In this document: piece by piece, positions 63,826 to 64,000 of the stretch
How the letters are laid out: each line of letters starts with the position of its first letter
Position numbering within the stretch: the stretch's first letter is position 1
IMG/VR virus record: IMGVR_UViG_3300032307_000764
Location: 160,001-224,000 of that record
DNA: 64,000 nt
DNA from: a virus
Taxonomy: Duplodnaviria > Caudoviricetes
Direction: 5' to 3' (one strand)
Notes under the pieces: generated by a model
The model's database searches: none
Seen by the model: only the letters and a program-made list of their open reading frames with translations
Told to the model about the DNA's origin: nothing
Made by a program: the position numbers and the translations under genes

Positions 63826-64000
63826 AACTTTCTTTTTTTATTTGATTTTTAGGATTACATAGGGACAAATGAGAAAGGCCCTTACGGATATCTGGCGATC
63901 CATAAAGGCACAATGATGTATACTCGTCTACGTCTGGCTCGAAAAACAACGATGCCTCTGTTAGACGAGAATATTTCTCATAAAGCTTTAATAAATGTTC
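63812..64000 (-). CDS. Partial ORF, possibly PTH2 (peptidyl-tRNA hydrolase 2)-like
   Basis: Manual translation ...SLFFEPDVDEYTSLCLYG...LSHLSL resembles the FxEPD..T..a..LxL C-terminus of PTH2-like phage proteins. Confidence 0.4.
   Translation of the reverse strand, partial: EHLLKLYEKYSRLTEASLFFEPDVDEYTSLCLYGSPDIRKGLSHLSLCNPKNQIKKESYENK

Noticed and set aside
1-64000. Alternative genetic code, or eukaryotic giant-virus origin
   Set aside because: TAA, TAG and TGA all end well-formed genes; bacterial promoters, terminators and RpoD indicate a bacteriophage.

Overview
AT-rich, densely coding 64-kb segment of a large lytic dsDNA phage, most likely T4-like and infecting Bacteroidota. Support for the host: TAnnTTTG -7 promoter boxes, A-rich leaders without Shine-Dalgarno, a Bacteroidota-type RpoD/SigA gene, and the standard genetic code. 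The window has two parts. (1) ~1.0-33.0 kb is an 'early island' of ~65 small, almost all plus-strand, mostly unknown genes. It is built as repeated cassettes: promoter (AATCATTTTTT-N18-TANATT[T/A]G), 1-4 ORFs, intrinsic terminator ending TTTTGTG, then a dyad GRGG-WW-CCYC ('GGAACCCC') box usually ~41 nt further on. Spacers also carry ~11-bp-phased microrepeats and alternating purine/pyrimidine tracts. The island is bracketed by two related non-coding repeat blocks (~120-1030 and ~33040-33785), with late promoters pointing outward; this is what a collapsed long terminal repeat would look like. The island holds a vWA-MoxR-vWA trio, an atypical tRNA-like gene, candidate structured RNAs and a secreted HIDPG-repeat peptide. 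(2) ~33.8-64 kb holds genes with a GATATATA late-type promoter. Many encode unrelated proteins sharing an N-terminal MKHIKLFExF..E tag that resembles the T4 capsid-targeting sequence; the tagged bodies include ART-like, Nudix-like, P-loop kinase and ferritin domains. This part also has five DUF1566-like paralogs, two LamG lectin proteins, pirin, GGCT, an 8-gene glycan-modification operon, an HNH nuclease and the sigma factor. No CRISPR array, integrase, reverse transcriptase or rRNA was seen. All family calls come from visual motif recognition; no searches were run.
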